Source: an uncultured Planctomycetota bacterium (GTDB lineage: Bacteria; Planctomycetota; Planctomycetia; Isosphaerales; Isosphaeraceae). Taken from it: 64,000 nucleotides of DNA. The position numbers were made by a program, and so were the translations under genes. Position 1 is the stretch's first letter, and each line of letters begins with the position of its first letter. The notes beneath the pieces are model-generated. The model searched no databases, had not been told where the DNA came from, and saw nothing but the letters and a program-made list of their open reading frames with translations. Shown piece after piece: positions 10,777 to 20,080 of this stretch. Location: the NCBI GenBank assembly GCA_963823665.1, contig CAWGMQ010000008.1, forward strand, positions 832,001 through 896,000, given 5' to 3'.

Positions 10777-11781
10777 TTGGGAGCGCCGATTCCCAGCCGC
10801 GAGGCACGGCCCGCGACAACCGCCTGGAATGTGGCAAAGACTCTCGTTCAGACCGCGATCTTCTGGTCCACACTCTTGTTCTTCATCCCAGCGATGATTT
10901 ACTGGCTGGAAGCGATGACGGGCCTCCGCGCGCATCGGTTCGCCGCACCGAGCTGGCGGGGCGCCGGAGTGCTATTATTCGCACTCGGTGGGGCGCTCGG
11001 ACTCACGAGCGGGATGATCATGGCGGTCCGGGGGCGCGGGACGCCGCTGCCGCTGGACTGCACGCGCGAGCTGGTCGTGGCGGGGCCTTATCGCTACGTG
11101 CGGAACCCGATGGCGATCGCGGGGCTCGGCCAGGGGGCGGCGGTCGGGCTTTACCTTGGTTCCCCTTCGGTCCTTGCGTACGTGCTCGCTGGTCTGTTGA
11201 TCTGGAACTTCGGCGTCCGGCCAGGGGAGGAGGCCGACCTGGAGGCTCGGTTCGGCGAGGCTTACCGGGCCTACCGCCGCCGAGTGCGCTGCTGGCGCCC
11301 TCGATTGCGTGGCTACGATCCTGGGCGCGAGCGCTCGGCAGTGGCCGTCGAGCGAACGGCCCCGCCCGGCCGGCACGTATTGCTCTACGATGGTCATTGC
11401 CGATTTTGCCAGCGCCAGGTTGGCAACCTGTCGCGACTGGCGGCCCCGGGCGCGATCGATCTTGTCAGCTTCCAGGATCCAGGGGTTCTCGACCGATTTC
11501 CCGGTATTCCTTACGATGCCTGCATGCGGGCGATGCACCTCGTGACCCCCGACGGTCGCGTCTGCTCGGGCTTCGAGGCTGCGGCTCGTGCGGTGGCGAC
11601 GCGGCCTGTTCTCGGCCTTATCGCCTACGTTTACTACATACCCGGAATCCGGCTCCTTTGCGACCTGGCCTACGCCGGTGTCGCCGCGCACCGCTATCGA
11701 CTGATGGGCCGGATCGTCGAGGCGGGCGGATGCGAGGGGGGAACCTGCCACTTGCATGCTGGCGGCCGGTCGCACTCTTGA
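10777..11781 (+). CDS. Isoprenylcysteine/phospholipid methyltransferase-like membrane domain fused to a DCC1-like (DUF393) thiol-disulfide oxidoreductase domain
   Basis: GRGTPLP...LVVAGPYRYVRNPM...EEADL..RFGEAY..Y (PEMT/ICMT-like), then LLYDGHCRFC (DCC motif). GGAGG RBS before the TTG start. Confidence 0.85.
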   Translation: MGAPIPSREARPATTAWNVAKTLVQTAIFWSTLLFFIPAMIYWLEAMTGLRAHRFAAPSWRGAGVLLFALGGALGLTSGMIMAVRGRGTPLPLDCTRELVVAGPYRYVRNPMAIAGLGQGAAVGLYLGSPSVLAYVLAGLLIWNFGVRPGEEADLEARFGEAYRAYRRRVRCWRPRLRGYDPGRERSAVAVERTAPPGRHVLLYDGHCRFCQRQVGNLSRLAAPGAIDLVSFQDPGVLDRFPGIPYDACMRAMHLVTPDGRVCSGFEAAARAVATRPVLGLIAYVYYIPGIRLLCDLAYAGVAAHRYRLMGRIVEAGGCEGGTCHLHAGGRSHS

Positions 11782-11794
11782 TCGCGGCAATGTC

Positions 11795-13042
11795 TCAATC
11801 TTTGACGTGGACTCGCCGGAGTCCGAGCGCGATCAGCCGAATCGGCAGGTCGCGAAGCACTGGCACGCGATTGGCGAGGCGGACCCAGAGCGGTAGGTTG
11901 AAAGGCCCTGTCGATCGTAACGCGCGTGCGATGTAGACCCGATAGGCCAATTGCTGCATCGTCTGTGTAACCCGCGTAGGCCACTCGCGCCGGCGCTGCA
12001 CTGCGCGGAGGTCGCGCGGGGACAATCGGCCGGCCAGCAAGGGCCGGGCGAGAAGGTTGGCTGCCTCGACGGCATCCAGAACGGCATTGCCGATGCCAAC
12101 CCCGCCGACGGGTGACATGACGTGGGCCGCATCGCCGATCAGCAGGATGCCGGGTTGCCACCATTGCCGGAGGCGGCTTACTTCCACCGACAGCACCGGT
12201 GCCTGACGCCAGTCCGTGATCGACTCGAGGCCTGACGCGAGCCCGGGCGCGAGCTCGGCGATCGACCGCCGCAATTCGTCCAGCCCCGCGGCGCGAAGCT
12301 GCGGGTAAGCCCCCTTCGGGAAGACGTAGCCGATCTGCCACTGATCGCCGCGGCTGAGCACGATCATGTAGCGGCCCGGACCCAGGAAGCCGCCCCCGGC
12401 CTCTGAGGCATCGGCCGGGTTGCGCGGCACGCGGAGCCACAAGAGGTCGATCGGAGAGCCCGCGCGCACCGGCACCAAACCAACGAGCTGCCGCAACTTT
12501 GAGAAGCGACCGTCGGCGCCGACCGTGAGATCGGCCCGCACGTCGTGCCAGCGGTCGTCGGGCCCTCGGTAGCAAACCCCGCGGACCTCGCCTCCTTCGA
12601 CGATCAGCCGCTGCACATTCGCGCCCATCACGCGCCGGAATGCCGGCAGCCGGTCTGCCTCTTCGGTCAGAGTTCGCAGGAACTGCGACTGAGGCAGCAT
12701 CGTGACGTACGGAAACTGCGTGCGCAGGCGACCCAGGTCGCCGACCTCGAGCGCACCCGCGGGCGTGTGAAAGGTCATTGTGCGCATCTTGCCGTGCGGG
12801 AGCTCGAGAAGCCGGTCGGCCAAGCCGAGCTCAGCCATGATCTCCATGACCGACGGGAAGAGAGTGTCGCCGCGGAAGTCGCGATCGAAATCACGGTGGG
12901 CTTCGAGCAGGACGGTGTTTACCCCGCGTCGTGCAAGCAACAGGGCGAGCACGACCCCCGCCGGTCCCCCGCCGACAACACAGCAATTCACATGATCCAC
13001 GGAGTCAACTGCTGCATCACTCGCCGGAGTGTAGGCATCCAT
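11795..13042 (-). CDS. FAD-dependent oxidoreductase/monooxygenase (FAD_binding_3 type)
   Basis: VVGGGPAG, VGADG and IGDAAH.MSP.GG.G motifs. Confidence 0.9.
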   Translation of the reverse strand: MDAYTPASDAAVDSVDHVNCCVVGGGPAGVVLALLLARRGVNTVLLEAHRDFDRDFRGDTLFPSVMEIMAELGLADRLLELPHGKMRTMTFHTPAGALEVGDLGRLRTQFPYVTMLPQSQFLRTLTEEADRLPAFRRVMGANVQRLIVEGGEVRGVCYRGPDDRWHDVRADLTVGADGRFSKLRQLVGLVPVRAGSPIDLLWLRVPRNPADASEAGGGFLGPGRYMIVLSRGDQWQIGYVFPKGAYPQLRAAGLDELRRSIAELAPGLASGLESITDWRQAPVLSVEVSRLRQWWQPGILLIGDAAHVMSPVGGVGIGNAVLDAVEAANLLARPLLAGRLSPRDLRAVQRRREWPTRVTQTMQQLAYRVYIARALRSTGPFNLPLWVRLANRVPVLRDLPIRLIALGLRRVHVKD

Positions 13043-13107
13043 CAGCTCCGCTCCGATGCCGATCGTTGTGCTGACGGTTGGGCTAGTCGCATGACGTCGT
13101 ATTGTAC

Positions 13108-13148
13108 ACAGCCTGGAGAACCGGGCGACTGACCCGCTGTGTCGAGGC
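13108..13148 (+). repeat. 41-bp copy (1 mismatch) of an internal segment of the DUF2071 gene at 26183-26223
   Basis: ACAGCCTGGAGAACCGGGCGACTGACCCGCT[G/C]TGTCGAGGC occurs at both positions. Confidence 0.9.
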
Positions 13149-13267
13149 TTTGCCGGCGGATCGCCAGAAATCACGATCCGGGATGGCACGATCCGGTGTG
13201 CGACGGCCATATAGAACTTGTGGCGTCGACGGCGACGAGAATGTCTTTCCCTCAACGCGAGCCGTTC

Positions 13268-13840
13268 ATGGACACGTGCGTCATTTACAATTCCGTGGCG
13301 GGACGACACCGAGCGAGTGAGCGGATGCGCCGGTTCAAGGAGGCGTGGGCCGGGAAAGTGGTGTTTCGACCGACCGAGCGGCGTGGGCACGCGGTCGATC
13401 TCGCTCGTGAGGCCGCTCTGGAAGGCTTCGCGACGGTGGCCGCGGCTGGTGGCGACGGAACCGCGCACGAGGTCGCGACAGGGCTCTTGAACTCACGGCG
13501 GACGGATGTCACGTTCGCGGTCATTCCGCTTGGCTCGGCCAACGATTACGCGCATTCCGTCAGGCACCAGTTTGGCGCGATGAGCCTTCGGGAGCCTGGC
13601 GGGAACTTTCTGGATGTCGGATTGGTTCGCACACCGGACGGACGCGAGTTCCATTTCTTCGAGAGCCTCGGCACGGGATTGAGCGCCCAGGTGACGCTCG
13701 AATCCAACGCCACGCCCTGGTTGCAAGGGCGGTTGCTTTACGGCTGCGCGGCGTGTCGCGTGCTGGCGCGGATGGACGGACCGACGCAGTTCAGCATCTC
13801 CGAAAACGGTTGCGCGGCGGAGACGTGTCCCACCCAGTTG
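13268..13840 (+). pseudogene. Diacylglycerol/lipid kinase family (YegS/BmrU-like) gene, 3'-truncated
   Basis: VIYNSVAG, AAGGDGTAHEV, IPLGSANDY and LDVG motifs. Similarity appears to be lost after ~190 aa, where the frame runs into low-complexity sequence. Confidence 0.75.
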
Positions 13841-14381
13841 GTTCAGGCGATCCCGGCGCCGGCGGCAGCGGGACCCGACGATGGCGCTGATGGGATCGTC
13901 ATTTTCCACGCGGTCGACTCGATCGTGCGGGTCGGCTCTGGCGGCGGATTCGGGAGTCTGGCCGGTTCGCCTGCCGCTGCTCGGGGCTCCCAGCCCCCCT
14001 CATATTCGCCCGACGTGGCTGGCGCAAGCAATTCTTGCCGCGCCGAGCCCTCGCGGCCCAGATCCTCCTTGAATCCTTCGATTCCGCGTGCTCATAATGG
14101 CCGCCGCTTCGATCCGCCGGCACAGATCGGCGGGCGATTGATGAGGCCCGTTCACGCGTCAGGACAAGATCGAAGTTCCCGAGGTCGTGTGTCGATCACG
14201 TCTCCTGGCAGGTCGCCCGCGGTGAGGCTCCAATGGAGAGGAGCGGCGCGGTCGCCCGAATCCGGGTCTTGGGATTGGATCGGTCGGATCATAGCCGCAA
14301 GGTCGTTCGCGCATTCCACTACCTGATTAGGGGCTGCGGAATCCGCTCCCGCGAAGAGCACTCAGTCCGGAGGAGGATCCA

Positions 14382-16658
14382 GTGTTGTTACGATCTGCGA
14401 AGCGTCGGTTAGCCGGTCTCTCATCCGGCGCATTGATGATCGCCTTGGGGGTCGTTTCCGCGTCGGCGCAGCCCCGGCAAGGAGCCATCGAGCAGCCCGC
14501 GCAACGGGTCGAGAGGCAACGCGTCGCCCCGCGCGTCCAAGCGAAGATCGAGTATGCTCGGAAGAGCAAGGCGGTGTTCCGGGACCCCGAGGAATCGGCC
14601 TTCAAGAGCGTCAATGACCTCCGCCTCACGACCGGCACATTCCCGAGCCCGCATGGCCCGGATGTGAACGCCCCGGCGAGTTTCCAGCTTCTCAGCTACA
14701 ACGGGCAACCCGTCGGGCCCACCATCCGGGTCCGCCGCGGGACGACGTTTCATATCCGAGTGAAGAACGACGTGCTCAATGGGGTGGCCGACCCTCACGA
14801 TAACGATCATCCACCCGTCACGAATGATCCGAACGAGAAGCCCTACGGCCTGTGCACCACCAATCTCCATACGCACGGGCTGCATGTCAGTCCCGCGAAC
14901 AATGCGGACAACATCCTCGACGTGACTATCCTGCCGAACGATCAATTTAACTTTGAATACACCATCGGAGCGGACCATCCGTCAGGCACGTTTTGGTATC
15001 ATCCGCACAAACACGGGTCGGTCGCCTATCAGTTATCGAATGGATTGGCCGGCGCGCTGATCGTCGAGGGATCGCGTACCGACGATATCGCCGACCTGGA
15101 AGACATCCCCGAGATCGCCGCGGCGCGGGAGCATATCCTGCTATTCCAGCTTTATAATTATCGCTCAGGAACGGACGATCAGAATAATCCCGTCGCGAGA
15201 ATTGATGCGTCCACGATCTACAATATTCAGCCCGACGTGAAAACCTGCAAGGCGATCACTCTTAACGGACCGGATCCTCAAAACGGCGCGACGCCCCAGG
15301 CGACGGCGATCAACGGCGTGATCAATCCGAACATCATGATCGCGCCTGGCGAAGTCCAGCGATGGCGGCTTATCCACGCGGCCTGGGATGTGGACCGCCA
15401 TCTGACCTTCGTCACCGATAACGACGAAGCAACCGACGACATCAAGTTCTATGAGATCGCGCTCGACGGCCTGGCCACCGGGTCGATGGCTGAGAAATCC
15501 GACGTGGAGCTAGCCCCGGGGCAGCGGAGCGACGTGTTAATCAAAGCACCGGCCCTCCGACCGGGCGAGCCGGAGCGTATCTATCACCTCAAGCAGACGG
15601 ATGTGCCGGGGGCCGCCGCACCTCATCACCGGCACCAGGATCCGCTCTACCTTGCGAAGATCGTCGTCCGTGGGGAGCACCGAGCGATGAGGCTTCCCGA
15701 CCCGCAGACCCTGGTCAAGTGCCAACCGTTTGCGAGCATCCGGAACGACGAGCTGTCGGCGACCAAGCGGACCTTCCAGTTCTATGGCAGCGACAACGAC
15801 CAAACATACACGATCAACGATAAAACATTCGTTCATCAAGACTCGATTCAGCTCCCGCTCGATACTGCCGAGGAGTGGAAGATCTCTGCCGTCATGAAGA
15901 ATCAGGACTCCAGCGGCCACCCTTTCCATATCCACGTCAACCCCTTCCAGGTGGTGATGAAGGAGATGAACGGAGTCTGCACCCCGCTGAATCAATGGAG
16001 AGATACGCTCTTCGTGCAGCCCGGCGAGACCTATACAATCCGAAGCCGGTTCAAAGACTTCCTGGGTAAGTCGGTCTTCCATTGTCATATCCTCGACCAT
16101 GAGGACCAGGGTATGATGATGCCGATCGAGTTCGTCGCTTCCAATCCGCCCGGACAGGTTCCGGCGGTCCCCAAGAAGGCGGCACTCAAAGGGTCTTCGA
16201 CACCCGCGCCGGCGCTGGTGCTTCCGGACACCAAGGGTCGGGTGCTCGACTTGGCTCGGCTCCGTCACAACGACGTGATACTTGTGTTCTTCCAGGGCGT
16301 GGAGTGCTTCCACTGCGCACGGGAACTTCGAGAACTGGTCGGCCGCGCCAGGGGAGCCATCGATCCTGACGCCGTTATCGTGGCGGTCAGCAGCCGTCGG
16401 ATTCGCGACGCGGATCAGGCATTCAGAGCCCTCGGGCTCTCAACCTCTGACAACTTCCACTTATTGGTCGATGATGGCCACCGAGCGTTTCGCGACTTCG
16501 GCGTTTACGATACGGGCCCTCGGCACGGTCTCTTCCTGATTGGCCGCGATGGTGTGATCAGGGCGAGCTACGTCGGTGACACACCGTTCGATGATTCCAG
16601 AATCGTCGTCGAACGAGTCCGCCAGCTCAGTAGCTTGAAGCGGATGGTCCCCCGCTGA
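14382..16658 (+). CDS. Secreted multicopper oxidase with a C-terminal redoxin (AhpC/TSA-like, CxxC) domain
   Basis: Signal peptide. Copper motifs HTHG, WYHPH, HPFHIH and HCHILDHEDQGMM. C-terminal APALVLPD...LVFFQGVECFHC...GLFLIGRDG. Confidence 0.9.
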   Translation: MLLRSAKRRLAGLSSGALMIALGVVSASAQPRQGAIEQPAQRVERQRVAPRVQAKIEYARKSKAVFRDPEESAFKSVNDLRLTTGTFPSPHGPDVNAPASFQLLSYNGQPVGPTIRVRRGTTFHIRVKNDVLNGVADPHDNDHPPVTNDPNEKPYGLCTTNLHTHGLHVSPANNADNILDVTILPNDQFNFEYTIGADHPSGTFWYHPHKHGSVAYQLSNGLAGALIVEGSRTDDIADLEDIPEIAAAREHILLFQLYNYRSGTDDQNNPVARIDASTIYNIQPDVKTCKAITLNGPDPQNGATPQATAINGVINPNIMIAPGEVQRWRLIHAAWDVDRHLTFVTDNDEATDDIKFYEIALDGLATGSMAEKSDVELAPGQRSDVLIKAPALRPGEPERIYHLKQTDVPGAAAPHHRHQDPLYLAKIVVRGEHRAMRLPDPQTLVKCQPFASIRNDELSATKRTFQFYGSDNDQTYTINDKTFVHQDSIQLPLDTAEEWKISAVMKNQDSSGHPFHIHVNPFQVVMKEMNGVCTPLNQWRDTLFVQPGETYTIRSRFKDFLGKSVFHCHILDHEDQGMMMPIEFVASNPPGQVPAVPKKAALKGSSTPAPALVLPDTKGRVLDLARLRHNDVILVFFQGVECFHCARELRELVGRARGAIDPDAVIVAVSSRRIRDADQAFRALGLSTSDNFHLLVDDGHRAFRDFGVYDTGPRHGLFLIGRDGVIRASYVGDTPFDDSRIVVERVRQLSSLKRMVPR

Positions 16659-16691
16659 AGTGGTGCCCCGGATAACCTCCCAGGAAGCCAT

Positions 16692-17664
16692 TCAGCCCAA
16701 ACGTATCCCGCCTTCTGGCTTGAGGGACCGGGCCGTTCCTCGACAGGCGACGCCGGGCCGGGCCTGCCGAATTGAGCGAAGCGTCCAATCCATGCTTGCT
16801 TCGCCTGTAATCCAGGGTATCAGCGTCAGAACTCGGGCAGCGGTATTGAAATGGACGTGCTCTGCGAGAAACAGCGGCAACGCACGGCTCAAACGACCGG
16901 GAGCATCGGCCAATTGGCGTATTATTGCTTGTGAGTTGATCTGCATCAGCACATCGGCTGGAGTATCTTCTCCGAGTCGGGACAAGCTCTCTTCGTAGTA
17001 AGGGATTGCCTGTTCCAGGTTTCTTGACTCGAGTGCAGCCCGCGCCAGCCAAAGTTGCGCGCCAGCTCAGGGGTAGAGCCGCAATCCTGCGCAGTGCTTC
17101 GTGTCCAGCCTCTTCCCCACTTCGCTGATGGTGGTTTCCTTGATACCAGACCAATCCATTTTCTTGGTTCGGGTCAATTGCAAGTGCGTGCCAGAGAGTT
17201 TCCTCTGCCTTCGAATGGTTGTTGCGTTTGGCATACACCTTGGCGAGGTTGGTCAAAACGTATCCGTCGTCGCCATGTCGAGCACCAAAGTCAAGAAACA
17301 CGCTCTCTGCTTCGTCGAGTCGATTTTCTTCGGTAAGAATGATCCCCCAAAGACAGGTGCTCCGAACACGCTCTGGATCAATTCTGTAGAGTTGCGAAGC
17401 GGCAGCGATCACGTCGGAACGGAAGCCATCGTTCAATGCGCCGACGATCACGTGATAGAGCTCAGTGGGTTTGTCCCGGTTTGATTTGATGGCGCCTGGA
17501 AGGATGTCGGTCCGCCATTGCTTTTTCGTGATCAAAAGCTCTTGTCCGTACTGATCATACACGCGAATCAGATCCGGCTCTCCGGGCGGGTCTGCCTGCC
17601 TCTCGGCGCGAATATCAGATCCGGCAGTATTCTTTTGGCCAAACAAGTTTTTGAGGAATTTCAT
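16692..17664 (-). pseudogene. Tetratricopeptide-repeat protein, frameshifted (~17055) and apparently internally deleted
   Basis: MKFLKNLFG... with TPR-like helices. Frame switches at SWRA|QLWLARAAL, followed by a short, discontinuous C-terminus. Lower GC than the flanks. Confidence 0.65.
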
Positions 17665-17728
17665 TGACCGGTCTCCCGGTGCCGTTAGTACCACTCGAAG
17701 CCTCAGCGATCCCGGTTCAATCGCCGCG

Positions 17729-20074
17729 TCACTTCTTCGGCGCGGCCGGCGGCCGCCACGTCTCGGCGTCTGCGAATCCGACGGTCTTGACCGTCACCGC
17801 GATCGTCTTGGTCCCCGCGGTGAGGAAGGGCGCATTGACCTGGAATGCGGACTTCGCCCCCCTGGCCACCAGGATCGGCTTGGCTTCTCCAGGACCGCTG
17901 CCGAAAGAAGGCCCCGTCCCCGATTGGTTCACGTTGTCCCAGCCGCCCAGCCGCTTGCCGTCCGGGGCGAGGTAGTCGAATTTCATCGCGAGCGTGCGGA
18001 TGTCCTTGCTGGAATGATTCGTCACGCGCAGCTCGGCGGTCTGAAACGGGGCCTTGCCGCCGATCGAGACGAACTCGATCGCGACGGGTGAATCGTGCCC
18101 GGGGAAGCTGGCCGGCTCGATCCGCTCGGGCATCGAACCGTGCGACGGGAGCGGGATGTCTGCCAGCATGAATTCATACTCAAGTGTATTCACCTCTCTG
18201 ACCACTTTGGCAATGAGCGACGTCGCAGGGCCCTGGATATTGACCTGGGATGTCCAGTCCGAGGCGCCGCGTTGAAAAGTGTTGGCTGCCGTCTTGAGGG
18301 GCTGCCCCTGGGCGTCATGCCCCACGAGCTTCACGCGATCCGGCCCGAATGCGGTGGAGACGGGGGTGGGTCGCTCCTGCTTGCCCTGCTCGCCCTGCTT
18401 CGTGCGATCCGGAGTCGTGCGATGGAACTCGATCGATAGGTTCTGACTCTCCCCCTTCACGCCGTTGAACATTGACTGACCCTTGGTGGCGGTGCGAAGG
18501 GTGAATTCCAGGTCGCCGAGTTTCCGGGTCTCGCCGGCGACCAAGGTATCGAAGCGGATCGTCTCGACCCGAGCCGGGAGGGGAACGCGCAGCTTACATC
18601 GCAACGCCTTGATCGCCGCGACGTCGCGCAGCAGGCCCTTCAGCGCCAATCGGGTGGTCCTCTCATATCCCCCCGGGATCGTTGTCGACATGAACGCCCC
18701 AGAGCCCGCGGCCTCGGCGTCGACCAGACTGTGGCCCTTGGCGTCGACGACCTCCGTCACACTGAAAGCGTCCCGAGTTCCACGCTCGAGCTCGTTCAAT
18801 ACAATCGGAGAGAGGCCCGAGGCGGTGACCTTCAAAGTGAGGATCCCCGTGGCGTACGGGACGGCTTCCTTGACATCGACCACCTCGACCAGGAACGGCC
18901 CGGCGAAGGCGAGCAACTCCCCTCCGCGGCGAGGCCTCAACCGCATCGTGGCCTGGACCGAATTCGCCCCCGTCGAGAAGTCGAACGAGCTCACCGGCTC
19001 CGGGTAGACCGGAGACAAGCCGGCAGCGCGCGTGACCGCGTCGATGGCCTGATAACGCGAGAGTCCCCGCACTTCGGTGGCAACGGGCCTGGCAAGTGCG
19101 CGGTCCTGGATCGGAGTCGTCTCGAGCGCCCGGCCGATCGCCTTGGCGAGATCGATCAGCAGCTCGCCTGCCGGACGCCCCTTGGAGCTCGAGTCCACCT
19201 TCCAGGAGGCATCGAACTGGTCCCGGCTTATCGAATCGAGCGCTTCAACAGCCAGATCGCCGCGCTCGGGCTTCCCTTCAACCATGCTCTTATTCGCGCG
19301 GTCGAAGCTATCCTTGAAGTTCTTCTCCATCGTCTTCGCCATGTCCCCGGGCTTGCCGCCGAAGATCTCCCCGAACATCGCCTCCGGTTCCTCGAAATTC
19401 ATGACGATTTCCGAAGCCGGATCGTCTGGGATGATGCGGCCCGACTGGGCGAAGATCCCCCATTTGCCGCCCTCCCGGCGCAGCTTGAGCCCCCCTTTTT
19501 GCTCCGTGCCGGCCTCGCGGAAGGTGACAGGAATCTGGGCGGTATCGCCAGTGATGACGGGCTCGCCCAGTTGATAAGTCGCGCCAAGCAACAATCCCTC
19601 ACTGCGATTGGACGCCGAGAGCTCGGCGAACTTTGTCTTGGCTTTCGCGGTCAGGAAGGACTGGGACCTCTCCCGGTCATGCTCCTTTTGCGCTTTGAGG
19701 AACCCCCTGACCACCGCCTCGATGGCGTCCCGGTCATTCGACGACGGAGCAGGTGCGGAGGAGCGCTTGACCTCGGCTTCAACGGGTTTCGCTTCGCTTG
19801 AAGGCGACGCGGCTGCAGGACTCTTGACCACAGCCTGAGCGGGTTTCCCTTCGTTCGGCGACGGTCCAGGCGCGGATCCCTGGCAGCCGGCCACGGCGCC
19901 AACAAGCAAGGTGACCAGCGTGCCGGCAACAGGGACACAGGCGCGGGCCCAGACACCTCGGGCCTCACTCGCCCTCGAAGCTGCGGGCGCTTCTCGACCC
20001 GCCAACCGTGGTGTATGAACGCGGATCGCCAGCTTCGACTTCTGATCGGTGATTGTCATGAGATCGCTCCCCAA
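17729..20074 (-). CDS. Large hypothetical lipoprotein (NTF2-like N-domain, STN-like domain, beta-rich C-terminus); start uncertain
   Basis: Hydrophobic stretch ending LLVGAVAGC (lipobox-like), then a P/A/S-rich linker. Lies directly downstream of K2. Confidence 0.75.
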   Translation of the reverse strand: MGSDLMTITDQKSKLAIRVHTPRLAGREAPAASRASEARGVWARACVPVAGTLVTLLVGAVAGCQGSAPGPSPNEGKPAQAVVKSPAAASPSSEAKPVEAEVKRSSAPAPSSNDRDAIEAVVRGFLKAQKEHDRERSQSFLTAKAKTKFAELSASNRSEGLLLGATYQLGEPVITGDTAQIPVTFREAGTEQKGGLKLRREGGKWGIFAQSGRIIPDDPASEIVMNFEEPEAMFGEIFGGKPGDMAKTMEKNFKDSFDRANKSMVEGKPERGDLAVEALDSISRDQFDASWKVDSSSKGRPAGELLIDLAKAIGRALETTPIQDRALARPVATEVRGLSRYQAIDAVTRAAGLSPVYPEPVSSFDFSTGANSVQATMRLRPRRGGELLAFAGPFLVEVVDVKEAVPYATGILTLKVTASGLSPIVLNELERGTRDAFSVTEVVDAKGHSLVDAEAAGSGAFMSTTIPGGYERTTRLALKGLLRDVAAIKALRCKLRVPLPARVETIRFDTLVAGETRKLGDLEFTLRTATKGQSMFNGVKGESQNLSIEFHRTTPDRTKQGEQGKQERPTPVSTAFGPDRVKLVGHDAQGQPLKTAANTFQRGASDWTSQVNIQGPATSLIAKVVREVNTLEYEFMLADIPLPSHGSMPERIEPASFPGHDSPVAIEFVSIGGKAPFQTAELRVTNHSSKDIRTLAMKFDYLAPDGKRLGGWDNVNQSGTGPSFGSGPGEAKPILVARGAKSAFQVNAPFLTAGTKTIAVTVKTVGFADAETWRPPAAPKK

Positions 20075-20080
20075 ATTGGG

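Noticed and set aside
13841..14326. C-terminal extension of the 395-aa ORF 13139-14326
   Set aside because: Low-complexity read-through after lipid-kinase similarity ends; not a credible domain.
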